The notes beneath the pieces were generated by a model. It worked only from the letters and a program-made list of their open reading frames with translations, was not told the DNA's origin and searched no databases. Source: Candidatus Multivorans sp. (GTDB lineage: Bacteria; Acidobacteriota; Thermoanaerobaculia; Multivoradales; Multivoraceae). Taken from it: a stretch of DNA of 64,000 bases. Position numbers and translations under genes: made by a program. How positions within the stretch are numbered: position 1 is the first letter of the stretch; every line of letters starts with the position of its first letter. The DNA lies in assembly GCA_965224025.1 (NCBI GenBank), contig OZ245033.1, positions 1,920,001-1,984,000 on the forward strand, written 5' to 3'. Below are positions 61,315 to 64,000 of this stretch, in pieces.

Positions 61315-64000
61315 ATGGACTCCATTCCGGAACCCAGCCAGACCGAGGAACGGACGACCTCGCGACACGCCGAACCCGGTGCGCGGTGGTTGCGCTGCGA
61401 TCTGCACGTACACACTCCGTTCGACCAAGAGAAGCGTTTCGGAGAGGACATCCGGGCCGCGATCGAGGCAATGCAGAAGTCCGACGCAACTCGACTCGCC
61501 GCAATCGCCGAGAACTTCGTCGATGCCTGTCGAGCCGCCGACCACGGTCGCGGAATCGACCTCGTCGCCCTCACTGACCACAACAGCATCGAGGGCTACA
61601 GACGGCTCAGGCCACAGTTCCAATCCATCGCTGATCGCGCGCAGGACGAAGGGAAGCCGATGCCGGCCATTCTCCCCGGCGTCGAGTTCAGCGTTGGAGG
61701 CGAGCGCCCACTTCACTTTCTCACCATCTTCGCGTCCGATACTCGTCCCGAAGACATCGAATCCGTGATCCGCTTTGTCTTTGGCGAACGGGAGCGCTTC
61801 GACCCGAAGTTCGGTACGCCCCGCGCCACCGGCGAGTCGGTCCGCACCTTCCTTGAGAGGCTGTACAAGTTCGCGAAGCCCGCGACCGGCGAAAGAAACC
61901 TGAGCTTTGTCCTGCTGCCGGCCCATGCCGACGGCGACCGCGGAGTGGCACGCGAGTCCGGCGCCCACCAGCTTCGCGTCTCCACCAGCCTTTGGGACGA
62001 GATGAAAGGGCACCTCCGGCAGTGGGCCGTGGCACGTACCGAGTGGAACGGCTTCGAAACGGCGCGGCCCTTCGACCGCCTGCCGGACGCGTTCCAGGAC
62101 CTCCTGTGCCGTTGGACCGTCGCGAAGCTGGCCAAGGACTGGGACGGGCTCTCGAAGCCCGAGCGACAGCGCGTGCGGGAGCAGCGTCACTGGCCGATCG
62201 TCGAGTGCTCGGATCCCCACAAGTACGAAGCCATCGGCAGTCGGTTTACGTGGCTCAAAATGGAAGCGCCGGACGTGGAGGGGATCCGTCTGGCGCTACT
62301 TGACCCGGAGTCGCGACTGCGCCGCATGGCGGATGGTCCGCCCGGCCGGAACTACCCTCGCATCGAGCGTTTACATGTGGCAAGCACGGATTTCTTCGAG
62401 GACATTGAAGTCTTCTTCAACCCTTGTCTGACGACGCTCATTGGAGGCCGCGGAACGGGAAAGTCCACCGCCATCGAGTACCTCCGCTATGCCCTGGATC
62501 GCGCGCGCAGAAACGACCTGCACGACGGCGAGGCCTCCGGCGGCCGGGCTCGCATCCAATCCGTGCTGTTGACGAAGAAGGAACGCGACTTCGGTCACAC
62601 CAGAGGAACGCTCTTGCCCGAGCACGAATTGACCGCCGATGTCGTGGTCGCCGAGCGCCGCTACCGGGTCCGCCGTTCGGTCGACGGTCTTGAAGTGACC
62701 CAGGACTGGGACCAGCCGAACGCTCAAGCCGTCCCCATTGAAGTTCGCAGCCTCCTTGCTCCCCGCATCCTCTCCCAGCGTCAGATCGCACGCATCGCTC
62801 GGGATCCTGCCTCGCAGCGCAAAGAACTTGACGCCTTGATCGACTCCACACACCTGAGGGAGCTAGACGACAGACGGCGGTCCCTTGGCGAGTCCCTCGC
62901 CCAGCTCCAAGGCACACGGCGGCACCTCCGGGATCAACGAGTCAAGCGCCCGTCGATCCAGACCGAACTGCAAACGGTACGCGACCAAATCGAGTTTCTC
63001 GAAGACGGGGACCGCAAGGAGATACTCGGTAGATTCGCAGCGTTCGAACGAGAGCGCCGCTGGCTGGAAGACCTGCAAAGCCACATGGGCGCCATCGCCT
63101 CGAAGCTAGCGGAAGAGGCGGAGGCGGTTGGCCAAGACGACTTCGGTCCCGGAGCCCCTCCCGACTCGACGCCGACAACTGTCTGGCTTCGCTCCGTAGC
63201 CGACCGCCTGGCCACTGCTCACAAGTCCCTCGCCACGGCCCTGCAGGCGCAAGTCGCCTCGTTGCAGGCGCTCGCTTCCGACATCCGGCAGGAGCAAACC
63301 CAGGGGTGGAAAGCCCAGTACGACAAAGCCCGAACCGAGTACGAGGCGCTACGCCACGACATGGCTGAGCGACGCGTCGACTTCGCGCAACACGAGAAGC
63401 TGCTGCAGCGCCGAGCCCAACTCGAACGCGAGTTGGCCGCCTTGGACAAGACCGGCCAAGAACTCGAAGAGAACGCCCGCAAGCTACGCGATACGCGTCT
63501 CCAACTTGTCGAGACTCATGAAGCGCGTCTAGCCGCGCGAAGGCAACAGGCGCAGTCACTCCAGGAGATGGACGCCGATGTCCGGCTTGAAGTTCGCTCC
63601 TTCCGCGACCGTGACGACTTCGAGTCGCGGCGCGAGGAGTGGTTTGGCGGCGCGGGACTGCACGAGCGCGACTGGACGGTCCTTTGCGACCACGTCTTCG
63701 CCCGGAGCGGGGAGGTGCCTGACCGGATAGCCACGCTTGCCGAAGCGATCCGTGCCGACCTGGAAGCCACAGCCGCGGTCGGTGGAGTCCTTGATCTGTC
63801 CGACTCCAAGGTCATAGCGTTCGTCGGTCAGTCACTCACCCGGAATTTCCTCAACGCTCTCGCGCGTCCGGAGCGCATTCGCCTCAACGAGATGGAGCGT
63901 TTTCTGCCGGAGGATCTCGTGGAGGCGCGGGTAAGGACCGCCGATGGCTCGTTCAAGACCATCGAGACCGGTTCAGTCGGCGAAAAGAGCACAGCCATTC
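61315..64000 (+). CDS. PHP phosphoesterase fused to ABC/SMC-type ATPase (Ppl/TrlF-like), 3' end outside window
   Basis: Translated by eye (absent from the ORF track): CDLHVHTP, TDHN, PAH, SDPH; Walker A GGRGTGKS; long coiled coil; GSVGEK signature-like motif at the edge. Confidence 0.85.
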   Translation, partial: MDSIPEPSQTEERTTSRHAEPGARWLRCDLHVHTPFDQEKRFGEDIRAAIEAMQKSDATRLAAIAENFVDACRAADHGRGIDLVALTDHNSIEGYRRLRPQFQSIADRAQDEGKPMPAILPGVEFSVGGERPLHFLTIFASDTRPEDIESVIRFVFGERERFDPKFGTPRATGESVRTFLERLYKFAKPATGERNLSFVLLPAHADGDRGVARESGAHQLRVSTSLWDEMKGHLRQWAVARTEWNGFETARPFDRLPDAFQDLLCRWTVAKLAKDWDGLSKPERQRVREQRHWPIVECSDPHKYEAIGSRFTWLKMEAPDVEGIRLALLDPESRLRRMADGPPGRNYPRIERLHVASTDFFEDIEVFFNPCLTTLIGGRGTGKSTAIEYLRYALDRARRNDLHDGEASGGRARIQSVLLTKKERDFGHTRGTLLPEHELTADVVVAERRYRVRRSVDGLEVTQDWDQPNAQAVPIEVRSLLAPRILSQRQIARIARDPASQRKELDALIDSTHLRELDDRRRSLGESLAQLQGTRRHLRDQRVKRPSIQTELQTVRDQIEFLEDGDRKEILGRFAAFERERRWLEDLQSHMGAIASKLAEEAEAVGQDDFGPGAPPDSTPTTVWLRSVADRLATAHKSLATALQAQVASLQALASDIRQEQTQGWKAQYDKARTEYEALRHDMAERRVDFAQHEKLLQRRAQLERELAALDKTGQELEENARKLRDTRLQLVETHEARLAARRQQAQSLQEMDADVRLEVRSFRDRDDFESRREEWFGGAGLHERDWTVLCDHVFARSGEVPDRIATLAEAIRADLEATAAVGGVLDLSDSKVIAFVGQSLTRNFLNALARPERIRLNEMERFLPEDLVEARVRTADGSFKTIETGSVGEKSTAI

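Overview
GC-rich bacterial window. The gene content (carboxypeptidase-regulatory/TonB receptor, wHTH-TPR regulator, sulfatase, rplM-rpsI-rpsB-tsf-pyrH-frr order) is suggestive of Acidobacteriota, possibly host-associated; this is inference. 1-26.7 kb is a defence island. It holds a DISARM-related four-gene operon (SNF2 helicase, ~1657-aa adenine MTase split by an ISL3 with an 8-bp TSD, ~2185-aa YprA-like helicase-DUF1998-nuclease with a frameshift, UvrD helicase), matching the ARMADA-type architecture. Between the MTase and the helicase sits a cassette of vsr (nonsense mutation), a GHKL-ATPase/histidine-kinase fusion, a receiver-domain protein, an unknown His-motif protein, and two head-to-head DNA methyltransferases (m6A, m5C). 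27-38 kb carries metabolic/transport genes and several pseudogenes. 38-46 kb is core: tRNA-Thr/Tyr/Gly, rlmB, ispDF, frr, pyrH, tsf, rpsB, rpsI, rplM, a coaE/rdgB deletion scar and argF. 46-54 kb is an IS cluster. It includes a 4980-bp IS1595 element with perfect 27-bp TIRs carrying a methyltransferase-HNH fusion whose reading frame appears gated by an 8-bp tandem repeat (candidate phase-variable mobile R-M). The window ends with hsdM followed by a PHP-ABC/SMC ATPase (Ppl/TrlF-like) that runs off the edge. No CRISPR array or rRNA was seen. All family calls come from motif recognition by eye; no database searches were run.
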